Of a DNA stretch of 64,000 nt, positions 35,701 to 49,702 are shown in pieces (position 1 is the stretch's first letter; every line of letters starts with the position of its first letter). Under the pieces are notes generated by a model. The model searched no databases. It was given only the letters and a program-made list of their open reading frames with translations, and was not told the DNA's origin. Made by a program: the position numbers and the translations under genes. This DNA comes from Laetmonice hystrix (Eukaryota): assembly GCA_965235115.1 (NCBI GenBank), contig OZ249437.1, positions 32,612,001-32,676,000 on the forward strand. The letters run 5' to 3'.

Positions 35701-38473
35701 TGCCAGGGTGTATTAGGGACAAAGTACCGGTTTTGGAGGTCAATCGGGGGCATGCATTTTTTCTGTGGCTTGTACTTTCAAAACTATTACCCAATAACAT
35801 GATAACTTCTCTTTGTGATGGATAGAAAATCATTATGTAGCTTTAGTTGATTTGTTTCTAAACTTGAGGAACCTTCTAATACATAGCGACAATCATATCA
35901 TGTGTCCATAATGGAATGGGCCTTGTTGGGGGCTGTAAGCTACACCAGCTTGTTTTTTTATCATTTTGCTATCGTTTTGCCTCAAGAGAATCTTTCAGGA
36001 ATGAAACAAGAGGAATTTGTATGAAAAGTACTCAGTGTGTAATGTAACATTGTATAGTAGTACCCTTGTCCATACAGATGACGGCAGCTGAGTCTGGCTG
36101 AAGATAATGGGCCTGGAAAGGTCACACCAGGTGCCTGTTGACGTAATGTTAATCAGAGATAGCCGAGTTGCCACGGCCAACATACACGTGAAACTTATCA
36201 TTAACAAGGAAGCATGTACTCTAACTTTTACCGACTTTTCCTCGTGACATTTCCGCTGTCACAAGGTGAGTGATTACTGAACAGAGAAGGATTGTGTGGC
36301 AGATCTATATGTGATATATTTTCCCAATTGTTTCCGTGTATAAGAGTTGTGTGTTGAGTTGATATTATGTGGAAGCGGTTTTACGCGTCCCCTATTAATA
36401 CACCCGGGACGCTCTATATGTGGACAATCAATTTGGAATTGTACTCCCACGTGTGGTAATATTAATATACTGGGAGATTTAACGTAGATAAGACAATGTG
36501 ATCCTCTGACAGTGTGTACAAACGACAATGGTGTACGCCGGTTTATTTTGTGATCATTTATTCAGATCCAATACGGAGACCGTATTCTGTTGACACCGTT
36601 TTGTCGCTGTTATGGACCATATCGTTCAGGGATCCCATTCATTCGCTATTTATTTCAGAAATAGTCATTTCTGAGATCGAATTTCAGAGGTAGGAAGGGG
36701 GGAGGGGAGGTTGCAGATTCACTTTCAGCTATTTTTGTTATTGGTTGGATGGAATCGCTGATCTATAAGGTATCATTGTGTAGTAGAGTGTTTCTGCAGT
36801 GCCCAGATTCCAGTAGTACCGAGGAGATAACAAACAGGTAGCCAGTAAGATGTTCTCAATTTTGATATATTCAAGGGTTCAGCTAGCTCAACGGTTGGCA
36901 CGATAGAATTGGGGGAAACTCTTAGGGCGGGCAGGTTATGTCAGACTGAACTTGATTAATTTAAATCCAGTGATCTCATCTAATCGTGTTTTGTCAGATT
37001 AGGCAATAGTCAACCTGTTGAATATTAAGTGTTGAATATTTAGAACAACTTGGAGAAAAAGTAGTTGACTTTTATTACGTTATTTTCACTACCTTTTTTG
37101 GCAAATAAATATGAATAAGTGAATCAGCGGGGAGCCATTCGGCAATGAGGAATGATAATTTACTCTTTGTGTTCAGTGAATGTGATATCGCCCAGGGAGT
37201 GAAGTACAGCTATTCGAAATCCGTAAATTAGAATACATCAGTTAGTGGTGCTCTTTTATTTCCAATGGATTAACTAGATTATAAAATAAATTTAATTTTC
37301 GAAACTGCGAAGTTTTATTTGCATGCCGGCCAGGAAATTGTCCTAACAAGCAGCTCTACAAATTTGATAATTCTAGTATTTAATTGTAGTGAAAAAGAAA
37401 CAAGTAGAATACGTACTCTCGGAACTATGGCATACCACTCTTACTGCCTGCAATCCCCATTCTTCCTAAGTTGTATAGTGAAATAGATTAAATGAGTTCG
37501 ATTATCTCATGTAATTCGACCCGAAAACTAGCGCTGACAGTGGTGTATGACTTTATAAAAGTCTCGGTTTTTGCGCAGAGACTTCAGGCTTGTCTGACTA
37601 AAGCTGGGTTCACGAAAGAACCTAGTCAATGGATGTAATTGGGCCTACACACCTGTCAAGATAAGAGCAATCATAGCCAATAAATCTATTGATCTTAAAG
37701 CTTTGTGACGTCGTTACCATGACATCAACAGCTGGCAATGTCTGACCGCCTGTTCTGTTGGTCAGTCTTCAGCCTGACGATAGTTGCAGGTGTTTGGGGG
37801 TTCCGTGGTCAGGGCAGCTGTCAGGATACAGACAACAGAAGGCCTACACCACACCGCATGGGATAAGAGGAGGTGGCAGGCTCAAATAACGACCGCGGTA
37901 ATCTCGCCAGTATCAGCGGGACTTTGAATGGCATTTACCACAGGAAGCGGTCACCACCCTAGTCACTGTAGTGAAACGTATCTGTAGCGATGTTCAGTGT
38001 AATTCAGAGGATGCGTCAATATGATCGTCATGTTGGTTATTTATGGGCGGCGGATGGGAGACGTAACGGGAAACCAGGCCGAGCAGTCAGTGCCGGTCGG
38101 TTGGCTCGTCGCTGACGCCGCTAGATGGCGCACCGCTCGTGATGATCCCATCTCAAGTTACGACTGTTACCGAACGTGTTTGCCGGTCAGGAGGTCGAAA
38201 CTTGCAACATGAAGCGCTTCAAGCCGCAAAAGATGTTAAAGATTTAAGCCTTTTATTCACTTCCTTTCAGATGCTTATCATCAGTGTTTTTCTAGAGTCT
38301 TAAAGGAAGGGAAGACGGAATCTTTTCTCTCCTAGTTTGATGGGAAGATTAGTTTAAACAAAGAGAGAGAGGCATTGCTGTGTGGTCATAATAACGTATT
38401 AAGTGGTCATGATTATATCATAAGCTGAACCATGACGGTTGTATATCGAATGATGGAGGATATAGCTCGTCAA

Positions 38474-38640
38474 GAAGAAGAAAAAGAAGAAGAAAGAGAA
38501 GAAGAAGAAGAAGAAGAAGAAGAAGAAGAAGAAGAAGAAGAAGAAGAAGAAGAAGAAAAGAAGAAGAAGGGAAAGAAGAAGCCTAAGCGTGGTAAGAAAA
38601 AAAAGGAGGAGGAGGAGGGGAAGAAGGAGGAGGAGAACGA
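38474..38640. repeat. (GAA)n microsatellite and adjacent purine-rich tract
   Basis: Long run of GAA trinucleotides followed by GAG/AAG repeats. Confidence 0.95.
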
Positions 38641-40124
38641 GAAGTAGGAGAGGGAGAAGACCTGAATGAGCCTAGGCGTAGTAAGGTTGAGTGACAGTGG
38701 TATCAGGTTACGGTCATTACCCGTGTGTTACCAACACACTGCCTACGGGCCCTCATTAGTAACGTCATCTCCTTACGACGCGGCCGTCTTCCACGTATCA
38801 CGTTCTGCATTGATTTCACTACTTCATCGCCAGCCTTAAAGTCCTCAGTTTGATCATTGCTGCCGTCAGATGTGAACGCTTGGATCACTGACGGCAGAGA
38901 GGTCGAGGGGTCTGTAATCTGTACACTATTGACGGCAGAGGGGTCGAGGAGTCTGTAATCTGTATAATCACGACCCCATCTTCAAGTCGGTGGTACAGGT
39001 GGGCCGATTAGAGATCAAGGATTTACCGGAAGTCATGCTACAGGTACAAGTGAAACATTCACAACCCCTTGTAGTTCCTGAATTCACACTCTCAGGGCTA
39101 GTCGTAAAATATTCAAGATTTTAAGTTCACTTATGGCCCATGAAGATACTTACATGAGTGGCTAAAAGGAGAGGTCTTGCCCAAAGTTAAGCTGGTTGGA
39201 AACTTTAATGGAAATGATTACTGCAAGAGCCTCCAAAACACTGAAAATTCAACATTTTAGGTTGTAAAATGATGTCATTGTGTGGCTGCAGTGGCGCCAC
39301 TTTCAAGATGCGTTAAACACACACACTAATTCCCCTGTTAGCTAACATTTTGCGGCAGCATGTCACATTTAGTGTTAGTGGTTTCCGGCCTGAGTTAATG
39401 GCTGTCGCCGACAATCTCCATCGTTCCTGTCCTAAACAGCGTGGTAATCGTCATTTCATTACTGCCTGCAGAATCTGTCTCTCTGGCTGCCGTTTCATTC
39501 TGAATGCTCCAATATCCTATACATCGTTATCATTTCATTGCATGAATGCAAAGGATGGAATTTGCATAATGCTGTTAATTCTTTACGTTATTAGATATTT
39601 CATGCATGGTAGGCACTCCAGCCTTTTATATGCCTCGTCGGTGTTAAATAGGATTAAGTCGGGGGAGAAATGGCAAATAAAACCCATGATGAGAAATGGC
39701 GTTTTTCCTTCACAGAGAAATGAGGTTGGGTTTGGCGTTCAACTCAATCCGGCTTGAGATGTAGCTTCGAATATGACACGGGTACCGGTATGGTGGAGCG
39801 TTACGTGTTCTGTCGGAGATCGGACCCAGAATGAGCGGAGATAACCGCTAACTGTCAGGGGTCAGCAATGATAACACTTACAGGCAACCAGTGATGACGT
39901 CATCAGGAAGGAGCTTATATGTAAAGTTGGTTAAATTTAACCTGGGCATCTGTTGGAGAACAGCCCGATTGTGGGAGTTAACGAAAAGAAGGAAATTGAA
40001 CATTAAGTACTTTACATGCGAATTTATGTGCTCGCACCCTAAAAAGAGGGAAAAGTAAAACGAAGAAGATGGGGGGGGGCTGTAACCCGATCTACCTGTC
40101 TATTCTTGCACAACGTATAAAGGA

Positions 40125-40244
40125 GGTCTAAGAACATACTTATGTCTAACTTTCACTCAAATCTACTCAGCTAAGGCATAATATACAAGAGTTGAGTCGA
40201 TTTGAGTGAAATTTAGACTTAAGTATGTCCGAGAAACCGGGCCC
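40125..40244. mobile_element. Hairpin MITE remnant (Harbinger-like right end ...GAGAAACCGGGCCC)
   Basis: Arms 40134-40169 and 40193-40228 are near-perfect inverted repeats; the left terminus is decayed. Confidence 0.6.
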
Positions 40245-40249
40245 TAGAC

Positions 40250-40340
40250 TTAGCGCATGCGCGTTAGCTTTGTTTTCGACGGAAACGGCTCCGAGAACGG
40301 TTATGGCGGCCGCCGCTTCCCCGGGCTGTAGACTTGTGTA
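40250..40340 (+). promoter_or_regulatory. CpG-rich patch with NRF1-type (GCGCATGCGC) and YY1-type (ATGGCGGC) motifs; possible promoter
   Basis: GCGCATGCGC at 40253-40262 and ATGGCGGCCGCC at 40303 in a locally GC-rich stretch. No downstream gene was identified. Confidence 0.35.
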
Positions 40341-41156
40341 GTGAGCAGGCGAAGGGACAGGGGCTTGGTGACCAGCCTGCCTACCTTAGCTTGCTCGAAT
40401 GGACCGGCGGATGCTATGTGTTTGGTCGAATAGATTTAAACTCTGGATGTCACAAATGTGTTCATGTAAGTACTTATTGACCACCCTGGGACATATTCAA
40501 GATAAATTCATGTCTGAATTCGCCAATTTGGTACATCCAAATGAGCCCCTTTATTGCCTGCCTCATTTGGATGTGCATTCGGTTAACACTGGTCAAACCT
40601 AGGCTCCGTGTTTGAAAGTTTGCATACACTTATATACTGTTTGCCTTCATTACAACCTTGAAAAGGACGGAAAATTGTATTGTGAGGGCACACGTGATTG
40701 TGTGGTGTCAGTTACACCAAGCTCATTCGCCGTTGACACAGTGTCAGGAAATACTTATAAAGTGAAAAAATCGATCATCTTCCCAGGTACAAGTATATTG
40801 TCCTACACAATAGGATAAAAAAAATCTGTTGATCAACCACAAGATCAAAATGAGACGTATTGTGGCGGGAGCCACAACCGATCCTACTGACCTGCATAAA
40901 GGCATGATACAGATTACCAGTGTTCAATTATAATCGGTGGATGTTTTGTACCACTAAAGGTGAAGGTCGGGTGTGGATTACTTGGCTCGATGTTACTTGA
41001 GATGTCCTTTATTATATTTTATTTAGACTTTTAGTTAACTTCCGAAGTTCTGATTTTCTAAAGTGAAGGTATTATTAAAGGTAACCTGCTGGGAACTGGG
41101 GTACGCGAAATATAGTCCAAAGGTACAAGTATTTACTACTAGGCACGGATAACCAG

Positions 41157-41293
41157 GGGACCGTTTCACTATACACTCGTATTTTACGAGCTCGTGTTTT
41201 CTATAGATCATAATAGCAAAATGTACGAGTTTTTTCTTGTTTACGAGCTTTAGGGCCGTATACGAGCTCGTACAGTCTTAGTGAAACGAGCCC
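41157..41293. mobile_element. MITE with CAG target duplication (PIF/Harbinger-like)
   Basis: CAG|GGGACCGTTTCACTA ... TAGTGAAACGAGCCC|CAG. Confidence 0.75.
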
Positions 41294-42414
41294 CAGGTCA
41301 CCTACCTATTGTGACCTAATGTTGATCATTTAACGAACTCAACCCAGCTATTCCCAAAATGAATCCACACACTAAGTTTTGTTCCAATCCATCCATTGTT
41401 AGTTGAGATATCCGAGGAAACCAAGGTGTCGCCGACGTCCAAGTTGACCTACTTATGGTGACCTACCATCGCTAATTATCAAACATGGCAGAGAAATTTC
41501 CTATAGGAACATGTTCATGAAGTGATATTCGAAAAAAAGTTTGACTCCAGGAAGTCACGTGACGTCATATGACATCATATGACGTCACGAGTCATATGCA
41601 AATTACAGTTTGGCACCCTCCATATACACACCAAGTTTCATCACGATATAAACCTTGGCGCCAAATTTACTCGGAAGTCTGTAGGTCGAGTTATAATATT
41701 CACGGACTCATATTGCCAATATTATTCGTTTTTTATTATTCTATAGTAGAACTTCGTGCAACTAATTTCGAAATTTTGTGGGTTTTTTTCAAATCCTGCC
41801 CTGAGTATTGTGGCAATGTGGAAGATTAGTTCGTGTTTAATATCCCTAACGTGTGGGCATGATTTGTGTACTCATAATTCTGACCGCCCACTGAAGGCTA
41901 CCAACCCATTTCCCCCGACAAGGGAAATGGGATTCTGAAATTATATGAATAAGAGAAATGGGATGTTGTTCTTGTGTCCGTTCATCTTCTCTATTTTTAT
42001 AATTAGTATTGTCATAGTTAGATAATGGCCGTTTCCGAGTCAGTTTTCATGGTATCAGGATGAAACTTGCAGGGCAGGTTGGTCATGACTACCTCTTCAT
42101 ATCAAGCAGTACGTCCTAGGCCGTCATGCCTTCGAGTTATGACGTCTTATACGTCAAAAAGCACTTCACATTGTCAACTGTCAAGACCAAACAAGCACAA
42201 ATAGGGCAACTATCTCTTAGATACTAGGCAAAGGATGGTTCCTAAAAATTAATACTTTTTTACCAAAATTTCGCTGATGACCTTTGACCTTAAGGACTGG
42301 GTCTCAGGGATGATAAGCCAAACTTATGAAAATGTTCTCCTATGACGTCACTGTTTCGCGTCATGACGTCATCCACCTTTTCTAGATAGGATCTTGGTAC
42401 CAACATAGCTGTGA

Positions 42415-42490
42415 GTCTCTATAGCTGAGTAGGTAATATATCCGACTAATGGGCTGGAGATCATAGGTTCAAATCCCATTAAGGGCAGGT
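42415..42490 (+). mobile_element. tRNA-derived SINE head (decayed)
   Basis: A-box-like TAGCTGAGTAGG (42422) and B-box GGTTCAAATCC (42466) at tRNA-like spacing. I could not fold a complete cloverleaf, so it is not called as a tRNA gene. Confidence 0.5.
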
Positions 42491-45400
42491 ATTTTTATCT
42501 GATAATACCGAGAGTAAATGTCAAAATGCAACCCATATTTTGAAGTACGATGTCTCTATTGAGCGATATTTTTTTTAATGTGATGGTCTGTCATGTGACC
42601 TAAAAACGTAGCTGTATGGCCATTTTACCAGAGGTTGGTCGTATCGCTGTAATTGTAATAAAACTTGGTGTATTCAAAGAGGCTGGGGACTGAAGCAAAA
42701 AGGTTCCATTGGGACGTCACCGTTTTGGCTGATGACGTCATTTACCATCTGAAAGGAATCTGAATGTGACGTCATTGTATTGTTCTATGGTGTCATATAC
42801 CGGTCATGCAAAATATAAAGTTTAAGGATCAAAAACCGCATTTCAAAAGGCATCGTAGAATACTATACCCCTTGAAAGTGAACACGTAAATATTTCTTTT
42901 AAACCTTCACCTTTGAGCATTTATCAGCACTCTTTCGTAAACATAGAGCGATATGCAATCAACTCCAGGGCATATCGGAGGTAGGCCTACATGATGTACT
43001 TTTTGAAAACGACCGTAGTTTTTGTCAGATTTATTGAGGACGGTCAGTTAGGGCCACGGCCGTAAATCCACTCACTAACTTAACTCGATACCACCATACC
43101 AATACACTTGCCGCCCCCACCCCACCCGCAGGTCGTTCTGTCGGCGAGGTATTTTTCTCATTGATTGCTAACATCCAAAGGAATGCTTTGTATGGCTTCT
43201 ATATGGCAATAGATACGCTTGGCGCTCAGCTGCGGTCTGATTGATGACTTTGATGTGGCTACAAGTAACACAGGTTATGTGGGAGATCAAATACTACGGT
43301 CACAAACGGATCAACAACTGTCGGTACAATTTCTTGACATTCAACTCTCATCGAAAAGAAATCATTGACATCGATTCAAAAGATGCCACTTTTCATCTTA
43401 GAGTTTGCATTGACTGAAGAACGTTTGTGGTTCCGAGGTTCAGAGGTCATAACGTATCGACTTTTTACCAAAGACCGCTGCTCTTTAATCTGCAGTAATA
43501 GTTCACTTCGTTTAGAAAGCAGCTAATAGTTACCAAGGGAACGGAAATTCGATTGGTCAATTTTGAAATCACAAGTTTCTTTAAGAAAAGAGTTGCTCCA
43601 TGAAGTTTCTTTCAAGTAGAATTTAATCTTACCACTTGCTCAAATTGATAGCGTATTCGTGCAGTATAAGAAAATAAATTTTTTTTATCGAAGCCAAATT
43701 TGTTACGTTGCCAGGGGAACTTATGCCATAGAGGAATATAAATTTTAGATATCTCTCAATTTACTTCCGAGGTAAACAAATAACTTGCAAATATCGGTTC
43801 TAGCTTTACATCTTGATATGAATGCGTCAAGATTATACGTGGAAGAAATGACACCGTTTGAGAGAAAAGGGACATTAGTATAAAAAGTAATCAAACATGG
43901 CACTAAGCCCCTGTCAGATTACTGTACTTCACAAACCAGGGTTGGAGATAGTGTATAACAGAACACTAGGAACAGGAACTTAGTAAAGCTAGGGATCCAA
44001 GCGTGTAACGTAAATACCCAGTACACCACTTCGTATACACCACCCACTGAGGTACGTAATGGTTGAAACCATTCAGACTCTACGGTGCACACAGTTCCTC
44101 TCTGTTGACTCTCTCCTGAACTATGTTTCGCTCATTGCAGACTGAGAACAGTAAAACATAAAGTACAAGTTGAAGAAGCTGCATACTGTATCTAAGGAAC
44201 AGACTGTGTTTGAGGAATTCCATGTGTTATTACAGTGCTGCCAAAAAATGTGGGATCCCCCCCCCCACCCAAGCTTTTTACGAAGCTTTAAACTCTATAT
44301 AATACCTAGTATAATATTTTAATTGAAGTTAAATTAATTGTGGGTGCTCAGACTGTATAGTATAAGATATTGCATGCATTGGCAAGCTACTTCATACTTC
44401 GACATATTGTAAGATTCTACAACGGAAGTTTTGCTCCGGAGGCAAGGGGTGCAAACGTTAAATCATTTTAATATTCTGACATTTATTATGACAAATTTCT
44501 TAGTCAAAATTCCGCCGTAGCCACCACCACCCCCCCCCCCCCCAAAAAAGAAAATGATATGGAGGCTGTTAGCAAGTTGGGACACCTCCATCACAATGTG
44601 CAATATGACCCTCATTGGTAGTTATACTACAATCGTACGTGTCGGAAATATGAGGATTTTTTAATGTGGGGCAAAATTCTGGAAATGTGAGACCACTGGA
44701 GCACGCTGAACTTGTCTTAAACTAGTTCCTAAGCCTGTATAGGCCTATAGAGCATCTGGTCATGTCGGTCGGTTCGTTGTTATTGTTCACTTGTAAATTT
44801 ACCCGATGGCAGAGGCGGCCGAACAGGTACTATATTTGAGAGCCCACAGGCAATCTAGGAATAGGGCATATACCCCTCCAAATAAATAGGGGGGGGGGGT
44901 CCCCCAGGGACTCCACTTCCGCCACCTTTGTACATAAAAAATTCTGATCATAATAACAAATATTAGTAAGCTGAGTCACGGAGGAGGGGAAGGCATCTCG
45001 ACCCGTACGATTGTAGTATCACTACCAAATGAGGGTCATATTGCGCATTGTGTTGGACGTGTTCCAACTTACTAACAGCCTCCCCATCAATGTTCTACCT
45101 TTGACAGATTGACAGTCGGAAGATAAGAGTAAAAATCCATATGTAAGTTCGTGAATCGAGCTGGTCACTATGTCGGACTTGTGTCTGCTCCTCCCCGTGT
45201 CTCGGCCGCTCACTTCACGGCCGGACGCCATGCCGCGCCACTGTCGTTTTCTATTATATGGAGACTGACAATGCGGCAGACCCGCAATGTAGATCTTGTC
45301 CCACCCCTAGCTCAGTGACATGTCATAGTTAGCCAAAGTCGGCATGACATGTATAGGTGTTCCTTCCCACAGCCAAGCTACAGTAAAGCGTAGAAACATC

Positions 45401-46384
45401 CCCCAAGTTGCCACATTCATTGCCAAGTGCGTGACAACCGTTATCAGATGTCCTAATAAAAATTAAATGTATTAATTTTCTTGTCGTGTTTTTAATGTTT
45501 CGGACAGAGAGAGGATGTGCTAATTTAAAGTGTTCGGGATAGGCCTGTAAGTATAAGTGGCCCTTTTTTTAATAATACCTCGACATAGTCATAATGTACA
45601 GAGTAATTTATTTGAATGACATCTTTAATGTCTATGAGGAGGCTTGTCATATCTGTTTCAGCAATTACCTGCAGGGATACGTTCCCGAAATTGATAGTTC
45701 TATGTTGGATTGAATTAAGATTAAAATATTTACACCGAACATTTCAATTCAAACTAGTGCCTCAGCAAATGGAGCCCTTTTTGTTTCTGGAGACTGGTGT
45801 CTGTGATGTAGGCCCAAGATACTCCGAGAGAAAAGTTTAAATTCGAGTGATATTAAAACTTTCCACTCTTTATGCCAGTTTTACGGTGCTATCCGTCCAT
45901 GAATAGTACGTTGCGTGCCTCGAATGCTTTCCTTCCTCTAGGGATAGTATCCAGTACCCGTATCTTCGTGCTTTCATTGTGAAAATAATAAAATGTGTCG
46001 GTGATAAAATTCTAACTATCGTACCTTGCATACATATAGGCGATATATATAATCACCTTGAACGCCCTGCCTTGATCAGTATTCGTGTCAGCCCATCATC
46101 AGCGGCAACAGTCCCCCAGCAAATAGTAAATTGTCACCACGCCCATATTTAATCAGGTTGACAGTGGTCCGGGTCAGAGAAAATTATGGATTTCTGATGT
46201 TTTGGAACCTGAGATAATTCTGAGATTGGGAGGGATCTTGTTTTAGTTTGATCATATATGCCAAACACCTACCCCAGTTCACTGTGTGAACTTTCAATTT
46301 CGGTATATGGAAAGTCAGTAGCCCCCCCCCCAATAATGTAAGGGATGTTGGGATATTTTCGCGGACGGATTTCGACATGACTTT

Positions 46385-47182
46385 AGAGCAGCGTGTAATG
46401 TGAAGTTGTTAGAGCAGCGTGTAATGTGAAGTTGTTAGAGCAGCATGTAATGTAAAGATTTTGGAGCAGCGTGTATTGTAAAGATGCTAGAGCAGCGTGT
46501 ATTGTAAAGATGTTGGAGGAGCGTGTAATGTGAAGTTGTTGGAGGAGCGTGTAATGTGAAGATGTTGGAGCAGCGTGTAATGTGAAGATGTTGGAGCAGC
46601 GTGTAATGTGAAGATGTTGGAGCAGCGTGTAATGTAAAGATGTTGGAGCAGCGTGTAATTTGAAGATGTTGGAGCAGCGTGTAATGTGAAGATGTTGGAG
46701 CAGCGTGTAATGTGAAGATGTTGGAGCAGCGTGTAATGTGAAGATGTTGGAGCAGCGTGTAATGTGAAGATGTTGGAGCAGCGTGTAATGTGAAGTTGTT
46801 GGAGCAGCGTGTAATGTGAAGTTGTTGGAGCAGCGTGTAATGTGAAGATGTTGGAGCAGCGTGTATTGTGAAGTTGTTGGAGCAGCGTGTAATGTGAAGA
46901 TGTTGGAGCAGCGTGTATTGTGAAGATGTTGGAGCAGCGTGTATTGTGAAGATGTTGGAGCAGCGTGTAATGTGAAGATGTTGGAGCAGCGTGTAATGTG
47001 AAGTTGTTCGAGCAGCGTGTAATGTAAAGATGTTGGAGCAGCGTGTAATGTGAAGTTGTTGGAGCAGCGTGCAATGTGAAGTTGTTGGAGCAGCGTGTAA
47101 TTTGAAGTTGTTGGAGCAGCGTGCAATGTGAAGTTGTTGGAGCAGCGTGAAGTTTTGGAGCAGCGTGTAATGTGAAGATGTT
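46385..47182. repeat. Minisatellite, 26-bp unit, about 30 copies
   Basis: Unit GGAGCAGCGTGTAATGTGAAG(A/T)TGTT repeated head to tail. Confidence 0.97.
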
Positions 47183-47780
47183 ATGTGAACCGTGTGAGCC
47201 CCCGTGCCCTATCCAATATATCATTACTCCACATGATGACCTACGCTCAACAATATCCTGCGGAGACACTTTGATTATCTTGCCATATTTTAGACCACTA
47301 TGTGTGTCATACACATGCTTGTTCTTGGTACGTGTTTCTATAAGCAGAATGTCGATTTGATGACGTATTCCAGTCGACAGGACACCCACACCTCAATTAT
47401 ACACAGCCTCCTGATCTGCTTGACAACAGCTCAGTGTTGGTCATAAATATTTGTAAGCGTGCGCCTCATCAGGTGTGTGTATATGCAGAGGGGTTGGCTC
47501 ATCAGGTGGCCGGCTGGATGGTAGGGGCGACTGTCCTCTCTCGGGCTGCCATTAACCCAGACACCGCATCTATTATAGATGATAACCTTTCGTCCCACAC
47601 GGACAAGGAGGCTCATCTGAGCGCGTTATGGCGTCAACCTCGCACAGTGTCCAGGTCGAGTGGTCGTGACGTTATGGGATGCGAACGGGCTTTCTCTAAA
47701 AGCCATTACAACATGTCATTTTAGATGTACAGTCAAAAATTCGTCTGATATCAAATGATAATGTACGGTACAAATAATAT

Positions 47781-48511
47781 CTTGTTTAAAGTATTGTTGA
47801 ACACCCCACAATATAACCTTGTTTGAAGTATTGTTGAACTCCCACAATAATACCTTGTTTAAAGTATTGTTGAACCCCCACAATAATACCTTGTTTAAAG
47901 TATTATTGAACCCCCACAATGATACATTGTTTAAAGTACATGTATTATTGAACCGCCACAATAATACCTTGTTTGAAGTATTGTTGAACCCCCACAATAA
48001 TACCTTGTTTGAAGTATTGTTGAACCCCCACAATAATACATTGTTTAAAGTACATGTATTATTGAACCCCCACAATAGTAATACCTTGTTTGAAGTATTG
48101 TTGGACCCCCACAATAATACCTTGTTTAAATTATTATTGAACCCCCATAATAATACCTTGCTTAAAGTATTATTGAACCCCCACAATAATACCTTGTTTA
48201 AATTATTATTGAACCCCCACAATAATACCTTGTTTAAATTATTATTGAACCCCCACAATAATACCTTGTTTAAAGTATTATTGAACCCCCACAATAATAC
48301 ATTGTTTAAAGTATTATTGAACCCCCACAATAATACCTTGTTTAAAGTATTATTGAACCCCCATAATAATACCTTGTTTAAAGTAGTATTGAACCCCCAC
48401 AATAATACCTTGTTTAAAGTATTATTGAACCCCCCACAATAATACCTTGTTTAAAGTAGTATTGAACCCCCACAATAATACATTGATTAAAGTATTATTG
48501 AACCCCCACAA
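47781..48511. repeat. Minisatellite, 36-bp unit, about 20 copies
   Basis: Unit AACCCCCACAATAATACCTTGTTTAAAGTATTATTG; 12-aa periodicity in the ORF track. Confidence 0.97.
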
Positions 48512-48826
48512 AGTGGCTCCATTGATTCGATCCTGGCCAGTATGCACGAATTTGCTGATCATAACCATGTAGATTTCTGGGTTTAATTTTTGTTAGATAT
48601 CCATGGAGTCTTTCAGGAACACGAGCCGCGAGAAGCGTTAAATATAAATGAAACCTTCTTAAACTACATTTATAGTAAGTGATGTGTCTGCTTTTACTTT
48701 TAGTATCTTATTGAAAGATATGGAAATCCCATTACTGTAAAAGTGGGTTGCAGTACGTAGACAATTACTCAGGGAGATGAGAAGAAGTACAGACCTCGGC
48801 TACAAGGAATTGACTGAAGATTTTAA

Positions 48827-49702
48827 AGGAGAAGACCAGTCAAAAATCACATTTGGACAGCTGCAAGACCTCTATATATACTCACCTTTCGGAGTAGTGG
48901 TTGGAAATAAATGTCCCCCTATTCCAAGAAGTCATATATTGAACATGACAACCGTGTCAAAATCACTGCCTTCAGCAGCGCAGCCATTTGTTGCTATTGG
49001 GCTGACCGGAAGTGACGTTCCAGGGCTAATCTTTTGCATGCCAGGGCTAGGCTATACTAGGCTAAAGACAGCCGAGGCGGGTGGCAAATCGACGGGGGTC
49101 AGTCCCAGGGCCACAGTCACAGTCACAGTCACAACTAAAGCAGCAGCAGCAGGTCTGTGCTGACACTAGCTGCCATTGCTCGCGGTCGTAGTCAGAGTGG
49201 CGCCGGGCCTCTCAGGGGCCAAGCTCCCGTCAACATTCACACGCATGCACGAATCCAAGTGGGACGAATGCAGGCGGCCGAAACCCACGGCTGTCCAGAT
49301 CCGTGTCCACCCTGATATGTCCCCTGACATCGGTAGGCTTTTCCTAGCCATTCCTCATCACTATCGATAGTTTTCGTCTATGTTCTAACAAATTTTGCTT
49401 ATAAGCTGTCAACGTTCGCTGCCTTCCAACTCGATCAACGCAACAGGTGTGTCAGCTTTCAGTTCCTCCCAAACTGGAGAGCAGTCGTGCTGCGCATGCT
49501 CGCCTAGTACGAGCATGCGTACTTTGAGAATAGCCCAAGGAATGGCGGCCTTCACCAGCTGAGCAGGTTGTAAGAAGCCTCCGGCACTAAAGTGCCTATA
49601 TCTTTACCATCTAAGCACCAATTGTGTTCAAATATTTTTAACTTGCTTAGAATATCACGGCATGTGTGCCTGGCCTATACAGACTGGCGGTGGTCTTTTC
49701 TT
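48827..49702 (+). mobile_element. Non-autonomous Kolobok-like DNA transposon, copy A
   Basis: TTAA|AGGAGAAGACCAG ... CTGGCGGTGGTCTTTTCTT|TTAA. A TTAA duplication with purine-purine termini fits Kolobok. Homologous along its length to 57363-58210 in the opposite orientation. Confidence 0.8.

Noticed and set aside
38432-38647. Poly-Glu/Lys ORF
   Set aside because: Translation of a (GAA)n microsatellite.
46383-48442. ORFs of 207-300 aa
   Set aside because: Translations of the 26-bp and 36-bp minisatellites.
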